Positions 41,741 through 55,073 of a stretch of 64,000 nt of DNA are shown piece by piece. A model generated the notes under the pieces. It had not been told where the DNA came from and did no database searches. It saw nothing but the letters and a program-made list of their open reading frames with translations. The stretch comes from Octopus vulgaris (lineage: Eukaryota). A program made the translations under genes and the position numbers. The number at the start of each line of letters is the position of its first letter. The first letter of the stretch is position 1. The stretch is taken from NCBI GenBank assembly GCA_951406725.2, contig OX597816.1, positions 44,454,001-44,518,000 on the forward strand, written 5' to 3'.

Positions 41741-42751
41741 ATATTATGTACAAAGCAGATCCTTGAAATGATGATAGCAACGTAAGTACGTCCTACATGA
41801 ATCCCTGAGTCACTGAAAGCAGTAATTATATGATCGGTCCCTCATCCTGCTTAACCCTGAGCTGTTCTTGTCTATATCTCACGTAATTGATATCAACTTT
41901 TGCTGAAATAACCTTCCATTGCACAGCAGCTGTATTCTTCCTTTACTGCTTTTCGAGCATCAGTGTATTGTAAATTATTATTATTACGCAAATAATTAAC
42001 GTACCAGCTGTGCATTTGTTTTGGGTTTTTTTCATGTTAAACTTTACTATGGGATCAATGTATAGATTTTAGGTGTCATTGTATTTATAGCTAATTAGAT
42101 TCATTACACACATTGAACAGACGTAAAGATCAGTCATGTTTCTACAATTTGACAATGGGTAGAGAAAGAAGTATCCACTGGTCTCTAGTTTCAAATATTT
42201 TTACATTCTCATTAGCAATCAATTACGTTACTCCACTTTGAAATTGTATTAGGAGGCATTGTTCATGGGCAATCATTAAATCAGATACACTAATTTGCAT
42301 ATTTGGCACATTTGTTACTTTTAATTCAATAATTGTCGCCATACTGGTTCTCTGTGCAGACAGAATAATGTATGTCTTTACAAGTCAGTATCTTTCATCT
42401 ATTACATGTTGTAGTCATTGGACTGCAACCAAGCTGGAGCAGTTCCTCGAAGAATTTCTAGTGGAATGAACCGATACAAACACTTCCATTTTTTTAAAAC
42501 CTTGTACTTATTTTATCTGGCTCTTTTGGCCGAACCGCTAATATATAACTTGTAACACTTTCTGCCCTACCACTTTCTCTGTCGTTTATTCTCTTTGAAA
42601 GTTGCATCTATTAGTATGAGTATCTATATATTTAAGCATAAATGTTCATCGTCTGAAAGTCTGCACTTTTTGCTTCCTTTCGTTTTGCATCTTATATTTC
42701 ATACCCGAACAGTTATGTTTAATATATCTTATTTGTTTATTCGCATAATTG

Positions 42752-42844
<93 letters not shown>

Positions 42845-42847
42845 CCT

Positions 42848-43248
42848 TAGGAGTACGTGTCTGGTGAGTAGCTTGCTTACCAACCACATGGCTCCGTGTT
42901 CAGTCCCACTGCGTGATACCTTGGGCAAGTGTCTTCTACTATAGCCTCGGGCCGACCAAAGCCTTGTGAGTGGATTTGGTAGATGGAAACTGAAAGAAGC
43001 CTGTCGTATATATGTATATATGTGTGTGTGTGTGTGTGTTTGTGTGTCCGTATTTGTTCCCCCAACATGCCTGGACAGCCGATGCTGGTGTGTTTCCGTC
43101 CCCGTAACTTAGCGGTTCGGCAAAAGAGACCGATAGAATAAGTACTAGGCTTACAAAGAATAAGTCCTCGGCTCGACTTGCTCCACTAAAGGTGGTGCTC
43201 CAGCATGGCCGCAGTCAAATGACTGAAACATGTAAAAGAGTAAAGAGT
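42848..43248 (+). mobile_element. SINE family B, full length
   Basis: Head, ACCTTGGGCAAGTG core, internal (TG)n and GAGTAAAG tail. Confidence 0.9.
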
Positions 43249-43263
43249 ATATACATACATACA

Positions 43264-43352
<89 letters not shown>

Positions 43353-44034
43353 GTATATATGCCACAGTTTTCTTTCTCTATCAGTTTACCAAATCCATTC
43401 GAAAATCTTACGTTAGACATTGGCTACAGTAAAAGTCATCATACTTTGAGAGGTAAATCTTTCACAACTCAGACTATTTAATCTATCCATCAATTCACGT
43501 TAAGCGGAAACTTCTTTTTATGATCGTATGAGAGAATAATTTTGTCTTTATGACTTGGAATTATTTGTTGTATATATTGAATATTTTAATTATATATTAA
43601 ACTTCCTCTAGACTTCTCTTAATCAATAACTGCCTGGATCAATAACTGCCTTATTCATCCAAAGTTTCCAGTCCTATGACCACAGTGAAAATTTTCTTGT
43701 AAAACAGATCAGAACCCAACTACGAAGATTTATGATTTGTAAAGAGAGTGGCGTTTAAAACAATTACTTCTGCTAACTTCTTGATGTGTTTAATGAGTAT
43801 TTATTAAAAGTGTTATTTCGTTTTATATATATTTCACGTGATGGAGTTCTGTCATTCAAGTGACCACCCTATACATGTACGAGTCTGTGTGCGCCTGTGC
43901 TACTTACCATGCACAGAAGAATTTATACATCTTTGAGACAACAGAAATATATTTTGGAGAATGATATTGATAATTAAAATAAGATTTGATTTTGCTATGT
44001 GATAATGAATATTATTATTATTATTATTATTATT

Positions 44035-44520
44035 CAGTAGTTTTATTTTTATAGCGTGCTTTCACTTCACTACCGAGCACAGCTCTGTGTGCCTTGGGCA
44101 TGTGCTGTGATTTGTTGTGATGCTCTGATGGTTATTGTATGGAAAGTGTTCTGCGTAGGATGTGTGCAGTGCCTAGTAGTGCAATTTTCTGTATGTTATA
44201 TGTGTTTGTAAGTCCTGGTGTTTTTGTTATGTATTTGTCTGATATTTTTTTATCATGCCTAATGCACCTACTATGATAGGAATTGTTTCTGTTTTCAGAT
44301 TCCACATTCTAGTTACCTCTATTTCCAGGTCTTTGTATTTTGAGAGTTTCTCCATTTCTTTTAGAGACACGTTGTCATCAGCCGGTATTGATACATCAAT
44401 TAGAAAGCATTTTTTTCTTCATGATCTCTGACAACTATATCTGGTCTGTTGGCCTTAATTTCTCTATCTGTGTGTATCGGCATATCCCAGAGTATGGTTG
44501 CTTTCTCGTTTTCTGTGACC
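44035..44520 (-). mobile_element. R4/Dong-like retrotransposon 3' end (REL endonuclease plus 3' UTR) inserted in (TAA)n
   Basis: ILWDMPIHTDREIKANRPDIVVRDHEEKKCFLIDVSIPADDNVSLKEMEKLSKYKDLEIEVTRMW...IQKIALLGTAHILRRTL. PD-(D/E)xK motif, one frameshift, (TTA)n on both sides. Confidence 0.9.
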
Positions 44521-44566
<46 letters not shown>

Positions 44567-44779
44567 GCAATTTAACGAAAAAATACCAATTTCAGCATTG
44601 GAAGAAACATAAGACCAAATTTATTAAATGCCAAACATGACAGTATGATTTGAAAATTCTACTCAGTAGGACGAAAAATAATTTCTATTTCGACGACATG
44701 TTTTCATGAAATGGAAAATCCAACAAAGATTTCATTCGAGTTACCAAGACAAAAATAGTTTTATATACGAGGGTGTTAT

Positions 44780-44889
<110 letters not shown>

Positions 44890-44956
44890 TAATAATAACA
44901 ATAATAATAATGATAATAATAACAATAATAGTAATAATAATAATAATAACAACAAC

Positions 44957-45020
<64 letters not shown>

Positions 45021-45380
45021 TAATTGCGTGCCCCTTTGACGCATAAATAGTCAGGAGGGAAGAAGAAAATATTGTCATATACAACCTTCTTAAATACGAG
45101 AGCTCGACTGTGAAAAATGAAGAGGTTGAAGATAGTACCGATTACTGTTGGGTCTTTGGGAACAGTACCAGAAGACAACAAAAGGAATAAGAATGAAATA
45201 CGAATAGACTGCCCAGTAGAACTGTTACAAACGTTTTGCTTCCTTAGTACAGTCAGAATCACCAGGAAAGTATTAGTTGAATAGAACAAATAGCATGGTA
45301 CCTTAGGCTGCAGGCTACGGATGCAAGACTCTAAGAGTTCCAACGAGACCTGAGTTAAGAGAACTACAAGGCAAAATCGG
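45021..45380 (+). mobile_element. Decayed R4/Dong-like 3' fragment following (TAA)n
   Basis: IACPFD...KIVPITVGSLGTVP...CPVELLQTFCFLSTVRITRKVL. Confidence 0.7.
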
Positions 45381-45811
45381 CGGGATTTTTTTCAAAACTC
45401 CCGTCGCATATAGATATATGATTATATATGCGTGTGTATGTGTGCGCATGTGTTTGTGTGTGTGTGTGTGTGTCTGTCTGTCTGTCTGTCTGTGCGCGCG
45501 TGTATGTCCTCGTATATGTGTGCGTGTCATTGTATCTTTGTCTCCCACTACTGTTCGACAACTGGTGTCCCGTAATTTAGTGGTTCGACCAAAGAGAACA
45601 GTAGAATAAGCACCAGGCTTGGAAACAAAAGATGCTGGGTTCGATTCGTAGTACAAATGACACACAGACAGACAGGCAGGCAGACTACAGACAGAGAGGC
45701 AGACAGACAGACAGGCAGGCACACAGACAAGCGGACAGAAGACAGACAGACAGAAAAGCAGACAGACATACAGACAGGCAGCAGGCAGGCAGACAGACAT
45801 ACAGACATACA

Positions 45812-45879
<68 letters not shown>

Positions 45880-45951
45880 AGTAAATGTAGGGATAAGCAA
45901 GTTAGATCAATATATAAAGTATATAAAATACTTGAAATACAAAAACTGTAT

Positions 45952-46512
45952 GAGTGGCTGTGTGGTAAGTAGCTTGCTAACCAACCACATGGTTCCGGGT
46001 TCAGTCCCACTGCGTGGCATCTTGGGCAAGTGTCTTCTGCTATAGCCCCGGGCCGACCATTGCCTTGTGAGTGGATTTGGTAGACGGAAACTGAAAGAAG
46101 CCCGTCGTATATATGAATATATATATGTGTGTGTCTGTGTTTGTGCCCCTAGCATTGCTTGACAACCGATGCTGATGTGTTTACGTCCCCGTCACTTAAC
46201 GGTTCGGCAAAAGAGACCGATAGAATAAGTACTGGCCTTACAAAGAATAAGTCTCCGGGGTCGAGTTGCTTGACTAAAGGCGGTGCTCTAGCATGGCCGC
46301 ATGACTGAAACAAGTAAAAGAGTAAAAGAGTATATGTATACATAGGCGGGCGCGTGGCTGTGTGGTAAGAAGCTTGCTTCCCAACCATATGGTTCCGGGT
46401 TCAGTCCCACTGCGTAGCACCTTGGGCAAGTGTCTTCTACTATTGCCTCGGGTGACCAAAGCATTGTGAGTGGATTTGGCAGACGGAAACTTAAAGAAGC
46501 TCGTCGTATATA

Positions 46513-46545
<33 letters not shown>

Positions 46546-46825
46546 GAACATACCAGCATCGGTTGTCAAGCGATGGTGGAGGGGGGTCAAACACAGACGC
46601 ACAAATACATACATATATATGTATGTATGTGTCTGCGTTTGTCTCCCTACCATCGCTTGACAACCGATGTTGGTGTGCTTACGTCCCCGTAAGCTAGTGG
46701 TTCGGCAAAAGACACAGATAGAATAAGTACTAGGCTCACAAGTAATAATAAGTCCTGGAGTCGATTTGTTCGACTAAAGGTGATGCTCATGCATGGCCGC
46801 AGTCAAATGACTGAAACAAGTAAAA
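45952..46825 (+). mobile_element. Two tandem SINE family B copies
   Basis: Heads at 45952 and about 46344. The second copy has an internal inverted segment (CCAGCATCGGTTGTCAAGCGATG / CATCGCTTGACAACCGATG). Confidence 0.9.
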
Positions 46826-46834
46826 TAATATATC

Positions 46835-47086
46835 ATTATGCAAAAGTATCGTAAGTCCAAAACTTTGTTGTTGTTTTTTTCAGAATACGAAAAAATAGTT
46901 TCACCATTCCATAGCAAAACCGTTGTCCTACACTTCGACAATTTTTGATATCTTGGCAGCTAAAGCAGCTTGAGATACGATAGTTTGGCCAAAAGAACCA
47001 GCTATTGCAAGCATAATTATATATTGAAACAAATAAAAAAAAAAACGGTTTTGGCCAAATTTGGACATACGACAGTCTAACATAAT
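46835..47086. mobile_element. Putative MITE with imperfect ~27-bp TIRs
   Basis: ATTATG..TCGTAAGTCCAAA vs the reverse complement of TTTGGACATACGA..CATAAT. Confidence 0.45.
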
Positions 47087-47269
47087 AGTAATGATATACA
47101 TTTTCTGTGTTTCATCTATTTGATATACTTTATATATTCATCTAACTTGCTTATCCCTACTTTTACTTCTATAACCGCTCAAGTTTAAATCTCTTGGGCA
47201 CTACAAGGTGTATTCTATACTAGGATTATCTGATTCTCATCTATGAACTTTGTATATAATATTCTTTTC

Positions 47270-47477
47270 TACACTATGTATAAGGCCCGGAATTCGTTAG
47301 GGAGAGAGCCAGTCGATTAGATCGGCTACAGTATGCAACTGGTACTTAATTTATCGACCACGAACGGGTGAAAGGCAAAGTCGACCTCAGCGGAATTTGA
47401 ACTCAGAACGTAAAGACAGACGAAATGCCGCTAAGCATTTCTCCCGGCGTGCTAACGATTCTGCCAGCTCACCGCCT
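47270..47477 (-). mobile_element. SINE family A
   Basis: Full reverse-complement copy. Confidence 0.9.
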
Positions 47478-47707
47478 TATATATGTATATATATATCCCT
47501 AATATGATGCATATGTATATATATATACATATATGTATGTATATGTGTATGTATGTATGTACTATGTATGTACGTATATATGTATGCATGCATGTACAGA
47601 TGTATGTATAAATATATATAAGTATATATATGTATATATATATATATATACATGTTTATATACACATATATAGATATATTTGTACATAAATATTTATACA
47701 TATTTAT

Positions 47708-47745
<38 letters not shown>

Positions 47746-48542
47746 GTATACATATATTTATATACATACATATATACATACATGCAGGATTACATTCAGA
47801 CATACATATACATACATATATGCATATATACATATGCATCATAATAGACTATTAGTAAAATACCTACTGTTGTTCTCGACGTCATTGTATATATCTAAAT
47901 CCTATGGCTGTTACTTAAATGGGAAATATATTAAAAAAAAGCCAAAACAAACAAGAATTTTGCAAAATTTAGCTATTGCAAACGAATGCTATGCGATGTC
48001 TACGATGCAAACTTAGCTGGAGACAATAAAATGTCGATAACTAAAGCAGTTTCTGCTCTTATCGTTATGAAAATAAAGTGCACATCTTACCCTTTTACAA
48101 ACGTTCTAGATATTTTAGTTTCTTATATATAGTTACAGGAATGTTTGCATTTGTTTGGGAATATTTAGCTCCCGCAGATTTAATGAAGGAATATTTCTAG
48201 GTTCTCTATTTAATGTCTTGATTCGTTTGTGTTTCTTACAGTTAATCTTCTTCGTTTCGTTTTTTTTTAAAAAACATTTATCCCTTCTTTCTCTTGTTAT
48301 TGTTGTCGTTGTTTTTGTTGTTGGTGGTGTTGGTGGTGGGTTTTTTTTAGATGTGGATTTTATTTTTCCTGTCTACCCTCTACATTCCCATCCCACACTC
48401 CCTCTTGTTTTCTCTTCCTTCCCTTCTTCTCGTCGTCGTTGTTCCCAACCCTCATCCTCATCCTCCTCGTCCTCCCCCTCTTGCGACTACCACTTCTAAT
48501 ACTACTACTACTACTAGCACTAGTACTACTACTACTACTCCT

Positions 48543-48725
48543 GAGAAGAAGAAGAAGAAGAAGAAGAAGAAGAAGAAGAAGAAGAAGAAGAAGAAGAAGA
48601 AGAAGAAGAAGAAGAAGAAAAGAAGAAGAAGAAGAAGAAGAAGAAGAAGAAGAAGAAGAAGAAAAGAAGAAGAAGAAGAAGAAAGAAGAAGAAGAGAAGA
48701 AGAGAAGAAGAAGAAGGAAGAAGAA

Positions 48726-48772
<47 letters not shown>

Positions 48773-49038
48773 AGAAGAAGAAGAAGAAGAAGAAGAAGAA
48801 GAAGAAGAAGAAGAAGAAGAAGAAGAAGAAGAAGAAGAAGAAGAAGAAGAGAAGAAGAGAAGAAGAAGAAGAGGTAGAAGAAGAAGAAGAAGAAGAGAAG
48901 AGAAGAAGAAGAAGAAGAAGAAGAAGAAGAAGAAGAAGAAGAAGAAGAAGAAGAAGAAGAAGAAGAAGAAGAAGAAGAAGAAGAAGAAGAAGAAGAAGAA
49001 GAAGAAGAAGAAGAAGAAGATGAAGAAGAAGAAGAAGA
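48543..49038. repeat. ~500-bp (GAA)n tract
   Basis: Seen directly. Confidence 0.98.
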
Positions 49039-50212
49039 AACCTTTCTACTATAGGCACATATGCACATGGCCTGAAATTTTGTGGGAGGGGACCAGTCGA
49101 TTACATCGACCACAGTGCGTAAACTGGTACTTAATTCAATACCCCGAAATGATGAAAGGACACCCGATTTGGATCGGGAATTTTTGAGTTCCTCAAAAGC
49201 CACAGTCCACGTGACATCAAAGGTACGCAAATAACATGATCAATGCAAATGTCTTGTGAGTTTCAATTTCAGGTATTTCAAGAAGAAAGCAAGAGAAAGA
49301 TAGAGGTAGAGCTTTTCGTGTGTTGTAAAGGGAAGAATTTTATATTTTGATTATGAGAGAAATTTAATGAAATAGATTAAATGTCAGCAGACTGAAGTAT
49401 ATGTTTGCGTTAATATAGGCCAGCATTTGGTCAATTACGGAATCAAGTTGGACCAATTCAGGTAGAGGATTAAACTGAATGATGTTCGTAACTTTTGGTT
49501 CTAAGAAGTGTTAAGGTATCAGGTGGAATTTCCAAAAATGCATAAATAAATAAATAGATAAATAAATAGATAAATAAATAAATAAATAAACGTTTCTCTG
49601 TAAGTAGAAGTAGTGAGGAATTAGAGACAGCTTGAAAAACATTTGAATCAGAGACTACTTGAATTAGAGACAGTTTGAATTAGAGACAGCTTGAAAAATA
49701 TTTTTTCCAATAGTTTTCATATAAATCATTTTTATATGTAGTTCGGTTATGTTTAGATCAGTATTATCAAGCTGAAATATACAATAAAACTTAAATTATG
49801 CTATAAATATTTGCCTATGACTGCAAACATTTATGTATTTTTATAAAAACATATAACATTATCTATATGTTTGAATATAACTGTGATAAACTAACACATA
49901 TGCTAGACAACAGCTAATTTTTGTCGTTCAAGACCATGATCATCACCATTAACATCCTCATAGTTTTAGCGACCATTTTTCCAGGCAGATATTTTCTACA
50001 TCTGAGTGCCCTTGCTGTTGCCAACACTCACCTGTTTTTAAGCAAGCTAAATTTTCCCATGGCCAGACATGCTTCTAGGGAGGACTGGAAATGGCTGACA
50101 CTGGTTGCAACTACTAACGTAATAAACATTACTATCGCAGCTGGAATTGAGGTCACCTTCTAAAGAAATGTATGCGATTGTAAAAAAAAAAACAAAAACA
50201 CTAAAATAAATA

Positions 50213-50405
50213 ACCCTTTCTACTATAGGTACAACACCTGAAATTTGAGGGAGAGTCTATTACATCGACCCTATTACTCAAATGGTACTTATTTTATCGA
50301 TACCGAAAGGCAAAGTTGACCCCGGTGGAATTTGAACGTAAAGGCGGACGAAATGCCGTTAAGCAGTTTGGTCGGCGCGCTAACGTTTCAGCCAGTTTCC
50401 CGCCT
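50213..50405 (-). mobile_element. SINE family A
   Basis: Reverse-complement family A copy. Confidence 0.8.
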
Positions 50406-50689
50406 TTAAACTACAGTAAATAATGGCTTCAAAATTACAATAAATAATATAACTAAATTAATACCGAGAATTGTCATTCCTTATATTTGTAGTACAATAA
50501 AACTGTGTCTTCACTGATTAACGTGAGGTAATCTTGTCTCACAGATTTCTTGATTGGATTTAGTACTTTGTTTCGCTGACAATGATTTCCTGACAGGAAG
50601 ATGACTTCGGTACAGCTTTTTTTTTATTATATATTTTTATCAATACACACTCACACATACACGCGTGCACGTGCACACACATACGTATA

Positions 50690-51245
50690 TGTCTTACTAT
50701 AATGAGCGTTATATCCGTATGTCTATCTGTTCCCTCTTCATGGTCAAACGGTTGGACCAATGGTCCCGGCGTTTTTCGAGATTACGAGGGAGAAAATTAG
50801 GCAGGTTTTAGTGAAAAAAAAAATGTGAAAAAGTATGATTATTTAGTGGATATTTAATTTTATATTAATAAATCACCTTTGATTTTTTCTTGTTGATATT
50901 CCGGTGACGAGGATTAATTCTGGATTTACCCACCCTTCATATAGTTCGGGGATTTAGAGCGTTTAGATTTGCAGTACTATCCCTTTATTTCCCACCATAG
51001 ATGGGCATATTTACTATCTGTCTGTCCGTCTCTTTGTCTGTTCCCTCTTCACGGTCAGACGGTTGGTCCAATAATTACCGATTTTTCGGGATTATAAAGA
51101 CAGTCATCAGGAAGGATTTTAGCATAAAAAAAAATCAGAAAGTATGATTATTTCGTTGATATCGATTTTGGAATTGATAAACCACCTTCGCATTTTTATT
51201 AAAAATTCAGGGGCCACGAATAACTCTGGATCATAGTTCGTGACG
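50690..51245 (+). repeat. Diverged ~310-bp direct duplication, possibly Helitron-like
   Basis: TCTGTTCCCTCTTCA.GGTCA.ACGGTTGG.CCAAT and AAAGTATGATTATTT each occur twice. Confidence 0.55.
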
Positions 51246-51752
51246 TCATTGTAGATACGAAGAGGGTCGCGAGGACAGTTAATAACAAAAATAAAATGGA
51301 AAAAGTGTGCGTCAGTATATAGTGTGTGCGATTATTTAGTGGTTATTGAAGTGTGTCAGTCTCGAGCAGGATTCGAAACGGCTGTTTTTTCTTATGTCCC
51401 CAAAATATCTATATACAAACTGAATGGCAATAAAGTCTTTATTAACATACATTAATTTTCTAAACGTAGATAGAACCTTTGTACAGAGTTTAACTTTTTA
51501 TAAGAGCATGTTTTGTAACTAATGAGTATTCTGACCCATGCGCAGTTGATTACACGAAGGAATGGAATCACAAACACCAAGAAATATATCATTTGGTAGC
51601 TACTCACAACTCGTCTGTTGCTGGTGCTGTACAGTACGTATTTATCTTTAAGTATCTTCATAAAAATGTCTAGTGGGGTGAGACCGAGTGAACGTAGAGT
51701 GCACTCTATTGAAACAATATGGCAAAATATCATGATGGTAGTCTCTTATATT

Positions 51753-52264
51753 GTGGTGGCACAATGGTCCAGTGGTTAGGGCAGCGGACTCGCGGTCGAA
51801 GGATCGCGGTTTCGATTCCCAGACCAGGCATTGTGTGTGTTTATTGAGAGAAAACACTTCAAGCTCCATAAGGCTCCGGCAGGGGGTGGTGGTGAACCCT
51901 GCTGTACTCTTCCCCCACAACTTTCCCTCACTCTTTCTTCCTGTTTCTGTTGTAGCTGTATTTCAATGGGCCAGCCTTCTCACACTCTGTGTCACGCTGA
52001 ATCTCCCCGAGAACTACGTTAAGGGTACACGCGTCTGTGGAGTGCTCAGCCACTTGCACGTTAATAAATGAGCTGCGACGTTACTGGTGCCAAGCTGTAT
52101 CGGTCTTTGCCTTTCCGTTGGATAACATTGGTGGCGTGGAGAGGGGAGGCTAGTATGAGTGGGCGACTGCTGGTCTTCCATAAATAATTTTGCCGAAGCT
52201 TGTGCCTTGGAGAGTAACTTTCTAGGTGCAATCCCATGGTCATTCATGACCGAAGGGGGTCACA
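51753..52264 (+). mobile_element. Chimeric SINE (family C head, family D body, distinct tail) with TSD
   Basis: TSD AGTCTCTTAT at 51740-51749 and 52265-52274. Head matches the 14465 element; body CACACTCTGTGTCACGCTGAATCTCC matches the 13628 element. Confidence 0.85.
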
Positions 52265-52573
52265 AGTCTCTTATCTTACTAAGGTAGTGTTGGAGTGCAA
52301 TATCCTCTCGGATACTTAGCATTGACTTTTCGTTGCAGCGATAAGAAGTATATTGGACCAGTCATATTATTTCCAGAAAGGATGGTTTGCTCAATCGTTT
52401 TGGTATTCAGGCGCACCATAAAGCCTGATCTGGCTCCCTTCATTATTCCTAATGGGTTAAATCCCAAAAGAAAGGAATTTTCAGTTATTTGCTGCTAAAC
52501 TGTGTACACATATTTTGAGGTCACTCTATACACACATACGCAAACATACACACAAGCATATATATATATACAT

Positions 52574-52604
<31 letters not shown>

Positions 52605-52609
52605 GATAG

Positions 52610-52734
<125 letters not shown>

Positions 52735-52740
52735 CAGACA

Positions 52741-52931
52741 GAAAGGCAGTTTTTTTTCCTCTGTCTTTCCTTCTCTGGATCTTTCCTTCTCCTATGTTTC
52801 CGACGAAGAGCTCCGCTCGAAACGTTAAATCCTCGTTCTTCCCTTCCTTCCTGATCATCAAATAATACTATATTTGTTCCACGTCCTCGCGTTGTTGTTT
52901 TCTCTTCGTGTTTTCATGTTTGGATTAACTT

Positions 52932-53030
<99 letters not shown>

Positions 53031-53233
53031 TTAGACAGACAGAAAGACAGTTTTTTTCCTCTGTCTTTCCTTCTCTGGATCTTTCCTTCTCCTATGTTTC
53101 CGACGAAGAGCTCTGCTCGAAACGTTAAATCCTCGTTCTTCCCTTCCTTCCTGATCGTCAAATAATACTATATTTGTTCCACGTCCTCGCGTTGTTGTGT
53201 TTTCTCATTGTGTTTCCATGTTTGGATTAACTT

Positions 53234-53235
<2 letters not shown>
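52741..53235 (+). repeat. 300-bp-period tandem (190-bp unit plus (GATA)n) with hammerhead motifs at 52796-52830 and 53096-53130
   Basis: GTTT-CCGACGA-A-GAGC-TCY-GCTC-GAAA-CG-TT-AAAT in both units. Confidence 0.8.
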
Positions 53236-53301
<66 letters not shown>

Positions 53302-53302
53302 C

Positions 53303-53349
<47 letters not shown>

Positions 53350-53357
53350 TAGGTAGG

Positions 53358-53436
<79 letters not shown>

Positions 53437-53851
53437 GTAGATAGATACAGAAATATAATTGCCCGTTAAACTGCTGTTATCTTTTTCTTTGTTTCTTTCT
53501 CCTGTGTATCAGCTTAGAACAGAATACAGTTGGGTCTATTGTATGCGTTATCCGACTGAGACAAACAAATGTAGCAAGGGTTTAGTTGATATTCATCCTT
53601 ACATTACATCTTCAGGAAAACTAAGACGGCTGTACGCATGGAAATCCATTTGTTTGTGTTTGCGCTGAGTTGAAGATGCAATTAACGTAGCAACCAACAA
53701 ATTATTGGCTGCAATCACTAATCCGTTCTAATCTCCTCTAGTAATCATTGGTATTTAAAACCCTTTCATCTATTGTTTTGATCTTAACGTAACATTCCTA
53801 TCAGCTTATACTGTCTCTCTCTTTTTTTTTATTAATATCATCATCATCAAC

Positions 53852-53893
<42 letters not shown>

Positions 53894-54704
53894 TTTATCA
53901 TTATTATTATTACTATTAACATAATTATTAGTTTTGTTGTTGTTGCTGTTCTTACACTTTTTGTTTATTGTATTTTATTTATATTTTATTTTGCTGTATT
54001 TTTTTTTTTGTTCTTCAACGATTGCGTGTTGTGATTAGTTGCTTTTGGTTGAGCTTCTATTGTTATAGGAATACTTTTGTACATCGCTGCATGAGTGAAT
54101 TTGATGTGTGTTTGTGTATATACATAAATACATACATACATATACATATATAAATACACACACACATATATATATATATATACATATACATATACACATA
54201 TAAATGTGTGGGGGATGTTTTGATGTTGATTGGGTGAACTTACTATGTGTCTTGTGAATTGGTTGATATGAGTGCGTGTGTGTGTGTGTGTGCGTGTGAG
54301 TGTGTGAGTTTGTCCGCGCGCTTTGGGCTTACATGTACTATTCACTCAAAATCGATATATAAACTATGCAATGCTGAACACACAAGTACCTAATGCGTGT
54401 GCAGTGCACGTATATACATGTATATTCACCTATTTATTAATACACACACGCGCGCGCACGCACACACACATACACACAAACATATATATATATATATATA
54501 TATATATAGTAGTTGAATGAATTATCTTATTATGGATAATTCGGTTAACCGATACCTGGGTAGCAAATTCACGTCAGAAAAGCACGGTTGAAGCTACATG
54601 CCTAGGGCAGAGATCACGTGCTATCGTGTGGAAATTTGTGTGCTTCTTTAAATACAAATAAATGAAAGAATGGAGTTGAAGGACGAATTAACAAAATTCC
54701 TTTA

Positions 54705-54787
54705 TTTTCGACATATGTTTCGAAGGCTGCATATTCCTAATTTCGAAGGAATAAGGGGTGCATTATGCCGCCTTCTCATCAGGAAAA
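54705..54787 (-). ncRNA. Canonical type I hammerhead ribozyme (left arm)
   Basis: Reverse complement of the right-arm motif. Confidence 0.9.
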
Positions 54788-54990
54788 ACAAGGAACTTAT
54801 GTCAGCATCAAGATGCACAAAAACTTTTAGATGACTGCCCACACGGAGCCCATAGCGATAATGAGTGTTTCTTTAAAATATTCCGTTATAAGCAGTGACG
54901 TCAAAAATGGTTGAATATAGAAGATTCTAGAAGGTTCAAGGGTTCATCTAAAAGTTTTTGTGCATCTTGATGCTGACATAAGTTCCTTGT

Positions 54991-55073
54991 TTTTCCTGAT
55001 GAGAAGGCGGCATAATGCACCCCTTATCCCTTCGAAATTAGGAATATGCAGCCTTCGAAACATATGTCGAAAA
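54991..55073 (+). ncRNA. Canonical type I hammerhead ribozyme (right arm)
   Basis: TTTTC-CTGATGA-GAAGGCGGCATA...TATGCAGCCTTC-GAAA-CATATG-TC-GAAAA; GUC triplet. Confidence 0.92.

Larger units (their letters stand above)
45879..47168. repeat. 73-bp inverted repeat arms (45879-45951 / 47096-47168) enclosing two SINEs and a MITE
   Basis: GTAGGGATAAGCAAGTTAGAT..TATATAAAGTATAT and its reverse complement. Confidence 0.85.

Noticed and set aside
49618-49700. Short GAATTAGAGACAG repeats resembling a CRISPR array
   Set aside because: No unique spacers and eukaryotic context; a small minisatellite.
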